Below are positions 16,530-27,313 of a stretch of 40,846 bases of DNA, piece after piece. The translations under genes were made by a program, and so were the position numbers. Position 1 is the stretch's first letter, and each line of letters starts with the position of its first letter. Source of the stretch: Alphaproteobacteria bacterium MarineAlpha10_Bin2 (GTDB lineage: Bacteria; Pseudomonadota; Alphaproteobacteria; UBA828); contig PTKB01000001.1 in the NCBI GenBank assembly GCA_002937555.1, forward strand, positions 1 to 40,846. The letters are read 5' to 3'. The notes beneath the pieces are model-generated. The model did not search any database. It saw nothing but the letters and a program-made list of their open reading frames with translations, and was not told where the DNA came from.

Positions 16530-18860
16530 TTAGCGGACCAGTTCGCCGACCTTCTTGCCGCCGCCCTTTTTTCGGCCCGGCGGCTTGTTGTCGGGTTCGG
16601 GGTCGGGGAAGCTGAAGCTGAGTTTGCCCTCTTTCACATCGACCGCCACGCGCCCGCCGCGCGATATTTTGCCGAACAGTAATTCATCGGCCAGCGGCTT
16701 CTTGACATGCTCCTGAATAACCCGCGTCAGCGGCCGGGCGCCGAACGCCGGGTCGTGGCCTTTCTTGGCGAGCCACGCCTTGGCCGCATCGCTGAGCTCG
16801 ATCTCGACGCCGCGGTCGGCAAGCTGATCTTCCAATTGCATGATGAACTTGTCGACGACCCGTGCCATCACCTCCGGCGGCAGGCTCTTGAAGCCGATGA
16901 CGGCGTCGAGGCGATTGCGGAATTCGGGCGAGAACATGCGTTTGATGGCTTCTTCGTCGTCGCCCGTGCGCTCGCCGCTTTCGAATCCGATCGCCGGCTT
17001 GGCGAGCTCTGACGCGCCTGCATTGGTGGTCATGATCAGAATGACATTGCGGAAATCGACCGTCTTGCCGTTATGGTCGGTAAGTTTGCCGTAATCCATC
17101 ACCTGGAGCAGCACGTTGAAAAGATCGGGATGGGCCTTCTCGATCTCGTCGAGCAGAAGGACGGCATGGGGATGCTGGTCCACGCCGTCGGTCAGTAGGC
17201 CGCCCTGATCGAAACCGACATAGCCCGGCGGCGCGCCGATCAGGCGCGAAATCGAATGGCGCTCCATATATTCGCTCATGTCGAAGCGGATCAGCTCGAT
17301 TGCCAGGGTGTGCGACAGTTGGCGCGCCACTTCGGTCTTGCCGACGCCGGTCGGGCCGGAAAAGAGATAGCAGCCAATCGGCTTATCGGCATCGCGGAGG
17401 CCCGCGCGCGCCAGCTTGATTGCCGCAGCGATCTGGCTCAGCGCCTCTTCCTGGCCGAACACAACTGTGTTCAGATCGCGCTCAAGTGTCTTCAGCGATT
17501 GCTTGTCGCCATGGCTGATATTCTTGGCCGGCACGCGGGCCATCTTGGCGATAATCGTCTCGATGTCCCTGAGCCCGATGGTTTTGCGCTTGCGCCGCTT
17601 CGATTCCGGCTTCAGCCGCTGCGCCGCGCCAACCTCATCGATCACGTCGATGGCCTTGTCGGGCAATTTACGGTCGCTCATATAGCGGCTCGATAATTCG
17701 ACCGCGCCGCGCAGCGCTTCGTTGGTGTAGCGCACGGCGTGAAAATCCTCGTAATAGACTTTGAGGCCGCGCAGGATCTTGACCGTGTCTTCGATTGACG
17801 GCTCCATGATGTCGATCTTTTGGAACCGCCGCACCAGCGCCCGGTCCTTCTCGAAGAAATTGCGGTATTCCTTGTAAGTGGTGGAGCCGATGCAACTGAG
17901 CGTGCCGCTTTGCAGCGCCGGCTTGAGGAGGTTCGACGCGTCCATCGCGCCGCCCGATGTGGCGCCGGCGCCGATTACCGTGTGAATCTCGTCGATAAAG
18001 AGGATTGCGCCATCATGCGATTCCAACTCATCCATCACCGCCTTTACGCGTTCCTCGAAATCGCCGCGGTAGCGCGTGCCGGCTAAGAGCGCGCCCATGT
18101 CGAGAGCGAAAATGGTCGCGCCGTGGAGAACTTCGGGGACCGCGCCTTCGACGATACGGCGCGCCAGGCCCTCCGCGATGGCGGTTTTGCCGACGCCGGC
18201 GTCGCCGACATAGAGCGGATTGTTCTTGGTACGCCGGCACAGAACCTGGATGGTGCGCTCGACTTCGTCCTCGCGCCCGATCAACGGGTCGATCTTGCCG
18301 CTTTCAGCCTTGGCGTTGAGATTGACGCAATAAGCATCGAGCGCCTCGCCGCCGCGCTTGACCTCGGCTTCGCCCATCATTTCTTCGTCGAGACCGGAAA
18401 TCTCGCCGCCTTCGTGCCCATGGCCCGGCACTTTGGCGATGCGGTGGGAAATATAATTCACCGCGTCGAGCCGCGTCATATCCTGCTCTTGCAGGAAATA
18501 GACGGCGTGCGACTCGCGCTCGGTAAAGAGCGCGGCGAGAACGTTGGCGCCCGTCGCTTCGCCGCGGCCCGACGATTGCACATGCAGGACGGCGCGCTGC
18601 AGGACGCGTTGAAAGCCGGTGGTCGGCGCCGCGTCCTCGCCGGACTCGCCGGCCAGGTTATCGAGCTCGTTTTCGACAAAGCTGGTCAGGTCCTGGCGCA
18701 GTCTCTCGACGTCGACGCCGCATGCTTTGAGCACCGCCACCGCATCCAAGTCATCGCACAGCGCCAGCAACAGATGCTCGAGCGTGGCCAGCTCATGTTT
18801 GCGCTCGCTGGCGAGCGCCAAAGCCCGATGCAAGGTTTTTTCAAGTTCCGCCGATAGCAT
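16530..18860 (-). CDS. clpA: ATP-dependent Clp protease ATP-binding subunit ClpA
   Basis: Clp N-domain, two AAA+ modules ([15 protein letters not shown]; [16 protein letters not shown]), 776 aa, with clpS immediately upstream. Confidence 0.95.
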   Translation of the reverse strand: MLSAELEKTLHRALALASERKHELATLEHLLLALCDDLDAVAVLKACGVDVERLRQDLTSFVENELDNLAGESGEDAAPTTGFQRVLQRAVLHVQSSGRGEATGANVLAALFTERESHAVYFLQEQDMTRLDAVNYISHRIAKVPGHGHEGGEISGLDEEMMGEAEVKRGGEALDAYCVNLNAKAESGKIDPLIGREDEVERTIQVLCRRTKNNPLYVGDAGVGKTAIAEGLARRIVEGAVPEVLHGATIFALDMGALLAGTRYRGDFEERVKAVMDELESHDGAILFIDEIHTVIGAGATSGGAMDASNLLKPALQSGTLSCIGSTTYKEYRNFFEKDRALVRRFQKIDIMEPSIEDTVKILRGLKVYYEDFHAVRYTNEALRGAVELSSRYMSDRKLPDKAIDVIDEVGAAQRLKPESKRRKRKTIGLRDIETIIAKMARVPAKNISHGDKQSLKTLERDLNTVVFGQEEALSQIAAAIKLARAGLRDADKPIGCYLFSGPTGVGKTEVARQLSHTLAIELIRFDMSEYMERHSISRLIGAPPGYVGFDQGGLLTDGVDQHPHAVLLLDEIEKAHPDLFNVLLQVMDYGKLTDHNGKTVDFRNVILIMTTNAGASELAKPAIGFESGERTGDDEEAIKRMFSPEFRNRLDAVIGFKSLPPEVMARVVDKFIMQLEDQLADRGVEIELSDAAKAWLAKKGHDPAFGARPLTRVIQEHVKKPLADELLFGKISRGGRVAVDVKEGKLSFSFPDPEPDNKPPGRKKGGGKKVGELVR

Positions 18861-18888
18861 GTATGTGCCGCCTTAATCCTCAGTCAGG

Positions 18889-19215
18889 TTAATCTTTTTC
18901 CATGGTGCATTGCAGAGGATGCTCATTGCGCTTTGCAAAATCCACCACTTGCGTCACCTTGGTCTCGGCCACTTCGAAGGGATAAACGCCGCAGACGCCG
19001 ACACCGCGCCGGTGCACATGCATCATAACCTCCGTCGCCTTTTCCTGGCCCATCCCGAATATTCGCATCAGGACCACGATCACAAATTCCATCGGCGTAT
19101 AATCGTCGTTGAGCAGCAGGACCTTGTACATGGATGGCTTCTTGGTCTCGGGCTTGGTCCGGGTCAAGACCCCGGTATCTTCGCCCGGTCTGCCGATTTT
19201 CCGCTTGTCCGTCAT
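18889..19215 (-). CDS. clpS: ClpS adaptor protein
   Basis: ...[61 protein letters not shown]... is a canonical ClpS. Confidence 0.95.
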   Translation of the reverse strand: MTDKRKIGRPGEDTGVLTRTKPETKKPSMYKVLLLNDDYTPMEFVIVVLMRIFGMGQEKATEVMMHVHRRGVGVCGVYPFEVAETKVTQVVDFAKRNEHPLQCTMEKD

Positions 19216-19393
19216 ACCCGTTTCATTATCCGCAGTCTGATAGAACCTTAAAGCGAACTATAACACAGCTCTACCAGCCCTTGGCCATATGGAGTCGCGG
19301 CGCCCGCCAAACAAGCAGACGGACAGGAGGACGGCAGCAAGAAGGCGCCGCCAGCGCATCCGGCGGAGCCTGTCAGTTTGTCGTTTGGGATTG

Positions 19394-19816
19394 CTAGCCG
19401 ACGATATCGGTCTCGGCAAAGAAATAGGCTATTTCGATGGCAGCGTTTTCAGGCGAATCCGAACCATGCACGGAATTGGCTTCGACGGATTCGCCAAAGT
19501 CCTTACGGATCGTTCCGTCATCTGCGTTTGCCGGATTCGTCGCACCCATGACTTCGCGGTTCCGCGCTATGGCGTTCTCGCCTTCCAGCACCTGGGCGAC
19601 GATCGGGCCAGAGATCATATAGGTGCAAAGATCGCCGTAAAACGCGCGTTCTGCATGAACCGCGTAAAATTGCTGCGCCTGTTCCGCGGTCAGCCGCAGG
19701 CGGCGCTGGGCGACAATGCTGAGGCCCGAGTCCTCAAAACGCTGGTTGATCGCGCCTGTCAGATTGCGCCGGGTCGCGTCCGGCTTGAGGATGGAAAGCG
19801 TTCTCTCGACCGCCAT
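19394..19816 (-). CDS. ndk: Nucleoside-diphosphate kinase
   Basis: [24 protein letters not shown]...[20 protein letters not shown], 140 aa. Confidence 0.95.
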   Translation of the reverse strand: MAVERTLSILKPDATRRNLTGAINQRFEDSGLSIVAQRRLRLTAEQAQQFYAVHAERAFYGDLCTYMISGPIVAQVLEGENAIARNREVMGATNPANADDGTIRKDFGESVEANSVHGSDSPENAAIEIAYFFAETDIVG

Positions 19817-19913
19817 GTGGAAAACTCCCGAAATTTAAGATGGCGCGTTATAGACGCTTCGCTCACGGGCTTCAACCGGCCATTCCGGCCGCGCGTGAAG
19901 CGGCTATTCGGTC

Positions 19914-20375
19914 TCAGCCAAGCTTCTCCCAGCGCCCGCCTTCGCCCTGCTGCCAGTAGTTCACGCTATGTGCCTCGGCCTTGCGCCGCTTCCAGCGCTG
20001 GCGCGCCGCTTGGAGCGCCGAATCATCACGGCCGTCGAACATGTCGAGATAGCGCGAGACGCCGTCTAAAAATACCGGCTCGACGCCGTCGATTGTCACC
20101 ACGACGTCGGCGCCATTCTCGTTCGCGGTGACATCGGCGGATTCGCTCGTCAGGTAAATCGGTTGCATATCGGCATCGCCGTCGCCGGGGCCGCCATGGG
20201 GCAGAAACGATGCCGGGTCGAAGGTCCAGAGCGCCGCATTGAGGGCTTCCATTCGCGCCTCCGAAGCGCCGACCACGCGCACACGGTGGCCGGCGTCCAA
20301 CACTTTTTGCAATAGCTTTGGAAGCGCGCTTTCCAACGCGCTCGTGCGCAACTGATAGAAATCGACTTCGGCCAT
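19914..20375 (-). CDS. holC: DNA polymerase III chi subunit
   Basis: MAEVDFYQL...ALNAALWTFDPASFLPHG..., downstream of pepA as in many proteobacteria. I used the internal ATG at 20375. The track ORF start at 20498 would overlap pepA. Confidence 0.8.
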   Translation of the reverse strand: MAEVDFYQLRTSALESALPKLLQKVLDAGHRVRVVGASEARMEALNAALWTFDPASFLPHGGPGDGDADMQPIYLTSESADVTANENGADVVVTIDGVEPVFLDGVSRYLDMFDGRDDSALQAARQRWKRRKAEAHSVNYWQQGEGGRWEKLG

Positions 20376-20398
20376 CTCTCCCGCCTCCGGCCGGTGTC

Positions 20399-21901
20399 TC
20401 AGCTTTCGTAATAGTCCGCCACCAGCTTGTCCAAGAGGCGCACGCCGAAGCCTGACGCGCCTTTCGGCACCGTCGGGCTGTCGCCGCGCTTCATCCACGC
20501 CATGCCGGCAATATCGAGATGCGCCCAGGGCGTGTCGGCGACGAAGCGCTCCAACAGTTGCGCCGCAGTGATGCTGCCCGCTTCGCGCCCCTTGCCGACA
20601 TTTTTCATGTCGGCGATTTCGGAATTGATGTCCTTGTCGTAGCGGCTGCCGAGCGGCATGCGCCAGAGCTCTTCACCCGAGGCCTTGCCGGCAGCGAGAA
20701 GGCGCTCGGCCAATTCGTCATTGTTGCTAAAGAGGCCTGCCTGATAAGTGCCGAGGCTGACGATAATCGCCCCGGTGAGGGTGGCGAGATCGACCATGAA
20801 TTTGGGCTTGAAGGTCTTTTGCGTGTACCAGAGCGCATCCGACAGTACCAATCTGCCTTCCGCGTCGGTGTTGATCACTTCGATCGTCTGGCCCGACATG
20901 GTGGTTACCACATCGCCCGGCCGTTGCGCGTTGCCGTCCGGCATGTTTTCCACCAGGCCGACCACGCCGAGGGCATTTGTGCGCGCCTTGCGCCCGGCCA
21001 GGGCTTTCATCAGGCCGATCACCGCACCGGCGCCGGCCATGTCGTATTTCATTTCCTCCATGCCGCCCGAGGGCTTGATGGAGATGCCGCCGGTATCGAA
21101 GGTGACGCCCTTGCCGACGAAAGCGATCGGCGGCTCGTCGGTGTTGGGCGATCCGTTCCAGCGCATGACAGCGATGAAGGAATCGCGCCGGCTGCCCTGC
21201 CCGACGCCTAACAGAGCGCCCATGCCGAGTTCGTGCATGCGCTCTTCATGCAGCACTTCGACATCGATGCCGTTGGCCGCCAGAGCTTTGATGTCCTCGA
21301 CGATGGCCGCCGGGTATTTCACGTTGCTCGGCTCCGACACCAGATCGCGGGTCATGTAAACGCCGTCGCCGACACGCTGGCGCGGCTCGGCGGCGGCTTT
21401 CGCCGCTTCGGCGCTTTCAGACATGATCGCCAAACTCTCCAACGTCGGCTTGTCCTCTTCCTTTTGCTTGGTGCGGTATTTGTCGAAGCGGTAGGCGGCC
21501 AGGCGCGCGCCAAATGCTGCTTCGGCGACCATCTCCGTGACGCCCAACGGGCTTGCCGCAAGGGCATCAACCACGAGCGCGGCTTCGGTTTCGCCGAATT
21601 TATTGAGGGCGCTGACCACGCGGCCGCCAAGCGCCTGCATTTGCAATGCGTCGATGTCCTCCACCTTGCCGAGGCCGACAAGGAGCACCCGGTTAACCGT
21701 CAGCCCGGCGGGCGCGTTGAGCGCCAGGAGGCTGTTTTTCTTGCCCGAGAATCTTGCGCTAGCGGAAATCGCTTTGGCGAGCGCGCCCGACATCCGCCCG
21801 TCAAAATCCGTGGCGCTCGGTGTCAGGCCGCCCTCCGCCAGAATGCCCACAATGAGCGTGCCGGTCTCGGGCACGGAGATTTCGGAATAGCCGATCTTCA
21901 T
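20399..21901 (-). CDS. pepA: Leucyl aminopeptidase (M17)
   Basis: FVGKGVTFDTGGISIKP, NTDAEGRLVLSDAL and LATLTGA motifs, 500 aa. Confidence 0.95.
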   Translation of the reverse strand: MKIGYSEISVPETGTLIVGILAEGGLTPSATDFDGRMSGALAKAISASARFSGKKNSLLALNAPAGLTVNRVLLVGLGKVEDIDALQMQALGGRVVSALNKFGETEAALVVDALAASPLGVTEMVAEAAFGARLAAYRFDKYRTKQKEEDKPTLESLAIMSESAEAAKAAAEPRQRVGDGVYMTRDLVSEPSNVKYPAAIVEDIKALAANGIDVEVLHEERMHELGMGALLGVGQGSRRDSFIAVMRWNGSPNTDEPPIAFVGKGVTFDTGGISIKPSGGMEEMKYDMAGAGAVIGLMKALAGRKARTNALGVVGLVENMPDGNAQRPGDVVTTMSGQTIEVINTDAEGRLVLSDALWYTQKTFKPKFMVDLATLTGAIIVSLGTYQAGLFSNNDELAERLLAAGKASGEELWRMPLGSRYDKDINSEIADMKNVGKGREAGSITAAQLLERFVADTPWAHLDIAGMAWMKRGDSPTVPKGASGFGVRLLDKLVADYYES

Positions 21902-22092
21902 GGCAGCCTCGTCGCTGATTTATTGCCTAGCGCACCCGCCCTTTGCGGCCGGCGTGTGAACCTATACCGCGTGGCCTGATTGGTGAAGCCGCATTCGCGG
22001 ACGGGCGGTTGGACTGTGCCGGTATTCGCAATTGGCGGACTGATCGCCTATGCTCGCCGCTCCAACGAATTGCCGGTGCCGGTGGCAGAGCG

Positions 22093-22773
22093 ATGACCGA
22101 TTCCAGTTCCCACGACTCCCAATTTCGCACCGCGTGGCATGGCTATTACAGCGAAAAACGCATCACCCATCAGTGGCTTCAGGTCGCGCTGTTGCAGGAG
22201 CTTCCGGTTCGTAGCGTGCTGGAGATCGGCCCGTATCTCGGATTGGTGACGGCCATGTTGGCAAGCGCCGGCTACAATGTCACGACCCTCGACATCGAAG
22301 CGCAATCGCAAGGAATCGGCTCGAAGCACCATATCCAGGCGGATATCCGCGACGTCGACCCCGAAGCGATTCAGGGCTTCGACGTCATTCTCTGTTGCGA
22401 AACGTTGGAGCATATCCATTGGCAGAAGCTCGATTTAGTGTTGCGGCGGCTCGCCGCAGCAGGCGCTCCTTGGCTCATCATTTCCGTGCCCTATGAAGGC
22501 TTGCAATTCGCCTTTGAGCTCTATGTCAACCGCCAGCGCTGGCGCCGGCGCAGCCATTTTCGCAAGTTCCGATTCCTGAAGCGCTTTTTCATCCGCAGCG
22601 AGACCGAATGGGAAGCCCATAAATGGGAGATCGGCTATCGCGGCCACAGCTTGAAAGCCTTCGTAGGAAAGCTCGAGCACGCCGGCTTTCAGATCGCGCA
22701 GCGCGAATTTACCAGCGGCTGCCGCTCGGTGTTTCTTGTGTGCCGTAACAGAGGCGCGCCGTCGCCTTCCTGA
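22093..22773 (+). CDS. Class I SAM-dependent methyltransferase (substrate unknown)
   Basis: Motif I VLEIGPYLGLVTAMLASAGYNVTTLDI, post-I acidic residue, and motif III-like FDVILCCETLEHI. The start is set at the ATG at 22093 (MTDSSSH...). The track ORF starts at 21943. Confidence 0.7.
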   Translation: MTDSSSHDSQFRTAWHGYYSEKRITHQWLQVALLQELPVRSVLEIGPYLGLVTAMLASAGYNVTTLDIEAQSQGIGSKHHIQADIRDVDPEAIQGFDVILCCETLEHIHWQKLDLVLRRLAAAGAPWLIISVPYEGLQFAFELYVNRQRWRRRSHFRKFRFLKRFFIRSETEWEAHKWEIGYRGHSLKAFVGKLEHAGFQIAQREFTSGCRSVFLVCRNRGAPSPS

Positions 22774-22824
22774 AGCCCGCCATGCGCCGCGACAAACTAA
22801 GCATCTGACCGCTATAATAGGCCT

Positions 22825-23937
22825 ATGCAACGTCACCAACGCTACATCTTGCGTCAACTCCTCGGACCTTTTGTGCTGATTACCGTCGGTTTGACCGCGG
22901 TGATCTGGCTTACCCAGTCGCTGCGCTTCATCGATATGATCGTGAACAAGGGTCTAAGCTTGAGCGCGTTTCTCTATTTTTCCATGCTGTTGCTGCCGAC
23001 CTTTCTCGGCGTCATTCTGCCGATCGCCCTGTTTAGCGCGATTCTCTTTACATACAACAAGCTGGTGATCGACAGCGAGGTGGTGTCGCTGCGCACCGCC
23101 GGCCTTGGGCCCTGGTCGCTGGCGACGCCGGCGGTCACGCTCGCGACCTTCGTCTGCGTGGTGGTCTATGCGATCAATCTCTATTTCATTCCTGCCAGCT
23201 ACCGCGAATTCAAGAGCCGCCAGTTCATCGCTCGCGCCGATTTCTCCTCCGTGCTGCTGCAGGAGGGCGTGTTTACCAATCTGGTTGAGGATGTCACCGT
23301 CTATGTGCGGGCACGCGATTCGCGCGGCCAATTGCAAGGCATTTTCGTGCATGACAGCCGGGTGCCCGCCGAGCCGGTGACGATGATGGCCGAACGCGGC
23401 GCCCTGGTGAGAACCGAGCAGGGGCCGCGCTTCGTCCTTCTGAACGGCAACCGCCAGGAAATCAACAAATCACGCGGCCAGCTCTCGCTGCTGTATTTCG
23501 ACAGCTATGCCCTCGATCTCGGCCAATTCACCGAGGACCCGGCCAACCGCTGGCGCGAGCCGCGTGAACGCTATCTGCACGAGTTGCTCAACCCAACCGA
23601 AGGCTATGACGATCAGCGCAACCTCGGCAAGTTCTGGGCCGAAGCGCATCAGCGCATCGTGTCGCCGCTTTTCGCGTTCGCGCTCACCGCCATCGCGCTC
23701 GCCACCCTATTGGGAGGCCAACTAAACCGGCGCGGCCAGTGGCGGCGTATCCTGGTCGGAATCGCCGCCGCGTTCGTGTTCGAAGCGATCGGACTCGGTC
23801 TCGTGAACGCGGTTTCAAAAACGCAAAGCCTGGCCCCGTTGATGTATGTCAATGTGGTGCTCACCTTGAGCATTGCCCTCTATTTCATACGCAGTCGATT
23901 GCGCAGCCGGCGCGTCGGGCCAGCGCCGGCGGCTTAG
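22825..23937 (+). CDS. lptF: LPS export ABC transporter permease LptF
   Basis: MQRHQRYILRQLLGPF... YjgP/YjgQ-type permease, 370 aa, followed by lptG and lptD. Confidence 0.85.
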   Translation: MQRHQRYILRQLLGPFVLITVGLTAVIWLTQSLRFIDMIVNKGLSLSAFLYFSMLLLPTFLGVILPIALFSAILFTYNKLVIDSEVVSLRTAGLGPWSLATPAVTLATFVCVVVYAINLYFIPASYREFKSRQFIARADFSSVLLQEGVFTNLVEDVTVYVRARDSRGQLQGIFVHDSRVPAEPVTMMAERGALVRTEQGPRFVLLNGNRQEINKSRGQLSLLYFDSYALDLGQFTEDPANRWREPRERYLHELLNPTEGYDDQRNLGKFWAEAHQRIVSPLFAFALTAIALATLLGGQLNRRGQWRRILVGIAAAFVFEAIGLGLVNAVSKTQSLAPLMYVNVVLTLSIALYFIRSRLRSRRVGPAPAA

Positions 23938-23953
23938 GAAAACCGCACCCGCC

Positions 23954-25054
23954 ATGCGCCTCTCTTGGACATTTTCCTTCTATATCAGCCGGCAATTTCT
24001 GGTCGGCGTGGGGATGGTGTTCTTGATCTTCGTCGCCACGATATTCGTCTTTGACGCGGTCGAGATGATGCGCCGCGGCTCGGGACCCGACCGCGAACTG
24101 GCGACGCTCGGCATTCTTCTGCAAATGGCGATGCTCCGCGTCCCCTTCATGGCGCAAAAGATCCTTCCCTTCGCCGCCCTGGTGGCGGGACTTTGGACAT
24201 TCGCCCGGATGACCCGCACGCAGGAACTCGTGGTGGCGCGCTCCGCTGGCGTGTCGGTGTGGCAATTCCTCCTGCCAAACCTGTTGCTCGCCTTGATGCT
24301 CGGAATTTTCGTGATGACCGTATTCAACCCTTTATCGGCGGTCATGGTGTCGCGCTACGAGCAAATGGACGCCAAATATCTGCGCGGAAAATCGAGTCTG
24401 CTAGCGCTGTCGCCTTCGGGAATTTGGCTGCGCCAAAGCGATGGCGGTAATCAATCGGTGATTCACGCGCAGCGCCTCAGCCAGGAAGACCTGACGCTGC
24501 ATGACGTCATTATTTTCCAATATCAAGAGAACGACCAATTCGTCGGGCGCATCGACGCGAGCCAGGCCCATTTGGAGGAAGGCCGGTGGGAATTGAAAGA
24601 CGCCGTGTTGACCGGACCGGACCGGCCGGCCCAGTTCAAAGACACCTACGACGTGCCGACGGATCTTACGTTCAATCAAATCGAGGACAGTTTCGCACCG
24701 CCGGAGACCCTATCGTTTTGGGCCCTGCCGGCCTTCATCGAAGTGCTCGAAGCCTCTGGATTTTCCGCCGTGCGCCACCGTCTTTATTGGCACTCACTGT
24801 TGTCGGGGCCGCTGCTGCTATGCGCGATGGTTCTGATTGCTGCGACCTTCTCGCTACGGTTTTCGCGCGGCGGCGGCACCTGGATTTTGATCGCCGCAGG
24901 TGTCCTGGCCGGCTTCGTGCTTTATTTCGTTTCCGATCTTGTGCTGGCGCTCGGCCTCTCGGGAAAGATTCCGCCGGTGCTTGCCGCCTGGACACCTGCC
25001 GGCGTGTTTACGTTGATCGGCGTCGCCAGCCTGTTTCACATGGAAGACGGCTAG
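23954..25054 (+). CDS. lptG: LPS export ABC transporter permease LptG
   Basis: MRLSWTFSFYISRQFLVGVGMVF... YjgP/YjgQ family paralogue next to lptF. The start is set at the internal ATG at 23954. Confidence 0.85.
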   Translation: MRLSWTFSFYISRQFLVGVGMVFLIFVATIFVFDAVEMMRRGSGPDRELATLGILLQMAMLRVPFMAQKILPFAALVAGLWTFARMTRTQELVVARSAGVSVWQFLLPNLLLALMLGIFVMTVFNPLSAVMVSRYEQMDAKYLRGKSSLLALSPSGIWLRQSDGGNQSVIHAQRLSQEDLTLHDVIIFQYQENDQFVGRIDASQAHLEEGRWELKDAVLTGPDRPAQFKDTYDVPTDLTFNQIEDSFAPPETLSFWALPAFIEVLEASGFSAVRHRLYWHSLLSGPLLLCAMVLIAATFSLRFSRGGGTWILIAAGVLAGFVLYFVSDLVLALGLSGKIPPVLAAWTPAGVFTLIGVASLFHMEDG

Positions 25055-25058
25055 GCGC

Positions 25059-27239
25059 ATGGCCGTTCTTCGCCGCTTTCTGTTCGTCGCCTTCATTTCC
25101 CTGGTGGCGGCGCTGAGCCCCTTGCAGGCGCAGACCCTGGTGCGGGAATTCGATTCTGACGAAGCCGGCAAGAATGTGGTGATGAGCGCAGACTCTCTCA
25201 CTTACGACGAAACCCGCGGCGTCGTTGCCGCCTCGGGCAACGTCGAGATTTCGCAAGGCCATCGTGTGTTGATCGCCGATCATGTGACCTACAGCGAAGG
25301 CCTGGACATGATGACGGCGTCAGGCAACGTCACGCTGTTGGAACCGAGCGGCGAAGTGATGTTCGCGGATTATTTGGAGCTTTCCGACGAAATGCGCGAC
25401 GGCGTGATGCGCAACATCCGTTTGCTGCTGAACGCCGATACCCGCATTGCCGCCAACAGTGCACGGCGCAGCGGCGGCAACCGCACGGAGATGAGCAAAG
25501 CGGTGTTTTCGCCTTGCAAGCTCTGCCCGCTGCACCCGGAAGAGGCGCCGCTGTGGCAGATCAAGGCCGTCCGCGTTGTGCATGACCAGGAAGCGCGCGA
25601 TATCGCCTATTACGACGCATGGCTCGAAATGTTCGGCATTCCGGTCCTGTATGCGCCCTATTTCGAGCATCCCGACCCGACCGTAAAGCGCCGCTCGGGC
25701 TTGTTGGCGCCCACTTATGGCTCCTCCTCCACCCTCGGCTTTCAACTTACAACGCCCTATTACTGGAACATCGCGCCGCATCGGGACGCCACCTTCAAAC
25801 CAAAATTCACCAGCGAAGAGGGTGTGGTTTGGGGCGCCGAATACCGCGAGCGCACCTTGACCGGCGACTATTCCGTCGACGCCAGCATTGCATATGGCGA
25901 CGAGCGCGACGATGACGGGGCCAAAACCGGGAGCAGCGGATTTCGCGGCCATCTGTTCAGCGATGGCCAGTTTCAATTAGACCCGGTGTGGAACTATGGT
26001 TACGAGTTCGAGCGCGCGAGCGACGACACCTTCCTCAGTTTTTACCGCATCAATTCCCAAGATACGCTGACCACGCGGCCCTATATCGAAGGCATCAACG
26101 GCCGTAACTATGCGAGCGGCAACGCATATTTCTTTCAGGGACTCGAAATCGACGACGAGCAGGATCAAATTCCGTTCGTTCTGCCACTCCTTGATTTCAA
26201 CCATCGGGGAACGCCCGGCGCGTTCGGCGCCTTTAACAGCTTCGACGCCAATTTCATGACGCTCCACCGCATCGATGGCGCCGACAGCCGGCGCCTCTCT
26301 TTGGAAGGTGGCTGGCACCTGTCGCATATCGGCCGCTCAGGCAGCGTCTACCGCCTGTCGGCGACGATTCGTGGCGACGCCTATCACGTCAACAATGTCG
26401 ATACGGCGGGCACCGCACGCACCACCCATGCGCGGGGATTTACCGGCCGCCTGCGTCCCGAATTGATCGCCGAATGGCGACTTCCGCTCGTGCGCCGCAC
26501 CGGAGCCATTCAGCAGTTGGTGGAGCCCATCATTCAGGGGATCCTGAGCCCTTATGGCGGCAACCCGGGCGAAATACCCAATGAGGACAGCCAGGATTTC
26601 GAATTCGACGATACCAAACTGTTCAGCAACAACCGCTTCACCGGGCTCGACCGGGTAGAGAGCGGCCCGCGCATCAATTACGGCCTGCGCTTTGGCTTTT
26701 TTGGCGCCGGCGGCGGCCGCACCCAAGGCATGATCGGCCAAAGCGCCCGCGTCAAAGAAGACGACACCTTTAACAAGGGCAGCGGTTTGGAGGAAAATTT
26801 TTCCGACTATGTGGGACGTATTCACATTTCGCCCGGGGACATATTCGATCTCGCCTATCGCTTCCGTCTGGCGCGGGATAATTTCGCTGCGCGGCGCAAC
26901 GAAATCGATTTTGCGGCCGGGCCACGAGCCTTCCGGGTCAATATCGGATACGCGCTGTTGGAAGAGCAAATCCCGGAGAGCGATACTACCGCGTTTGCCA
27001 ATCGGGAAGAAATCGCCGCCACCGCAGAGGCCCGGATCACTAGTTTTTGGCGCATTGGCGCCGGCACGCGGCGCGATTTGACGGGATCCGGCGGCACCAT
27101 CAATTGGAACGGCGCCCTCACCTACGAGGATGAATGCCTGTTGTTCGCGACCCGGATCACTAAGAATTTCACCCGCGACCGGGACGTGCAACCGGAGACG
27201 AGCCTATTGTTTACAATTCAGTTTAAACATTTGGGTTAA
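25059..27239 (+). CDS. lptD: LPS-assembly outer-membrane protein LptD
   Basis: Signal peptide, an OstA-like N-terminal region (ADSLTYDETRGVVAASGNVEISQG...), and a long beta-barrel-type sequence ending ...LLFTIQFKHLG. Upstream of surA. Confidence 0.9.
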   Translation: MAVLRRFLFVAFISLVAALSPLQAQTLVREFDSDEAGKNVVMSADSLTYDETRGVVAASGNVEISQGHRVLIADHVTYSEGLDMMTASGNVTLLEPSGEVMFADYLELSDEMRDGVMRNIRLLLNADTRIAANSARRSGGNRTEMSKAVFSPCKLCPLHPEEAPLWQIKAVRVVHDQEARDIAYYDAWLEMFGIPVLYAPYFEHPDPTVKRRSGLLAPTYGSSSTLGFQLTTPYYWNIAPHRDATFKPKFTSEEGVVWGAEYRERTLTGDYSVDASIAYGDERDDDGAKTGSSGFRGHLFSDGQFQLDPVWNYGYEFERASDDTFLSFYRINSQDTLTTRPYIEGINGRNYASGNAYFFQGLEIDDEQDQIPFVLPLLDFNHRGTPGAFGAFNSFDANFMTLHRIDGADSRRLSLEGGWHLSHIGRSGSVYRLSATIRGDAYHVNNVDTAGTARTTHARGFTGRLRPELIAEWRLPLVRRTGAIQQLVEPIIQGILSPYGGNPGEIPNEDSQDFEFDDTKLFSNNRFTGLDRVESGPRINYGLRFGFFGAGGGRTQGMIGQSARVKEDDTFNKGSGLEENFSDYVGRIHISPGDIFDLAYRFRLARDNFAARRNEIDFAAGPRAFRVNIGYALLEEQIPESDTTAFANREEIAATAEARITSFWRIGAGTRRDLTGSGGTINWNGALTYEDECLLFATRITKNFTRDRDVQPETSLLFTIQFKHLG

Positions 27240-27313
27240 GCCGGCAGTCTGGACGCGTATCCGGTCAAAGAAGGTTGCCGGAGAGCGCCAGAGGGTTATA
27301 AATCTGGCATAGA

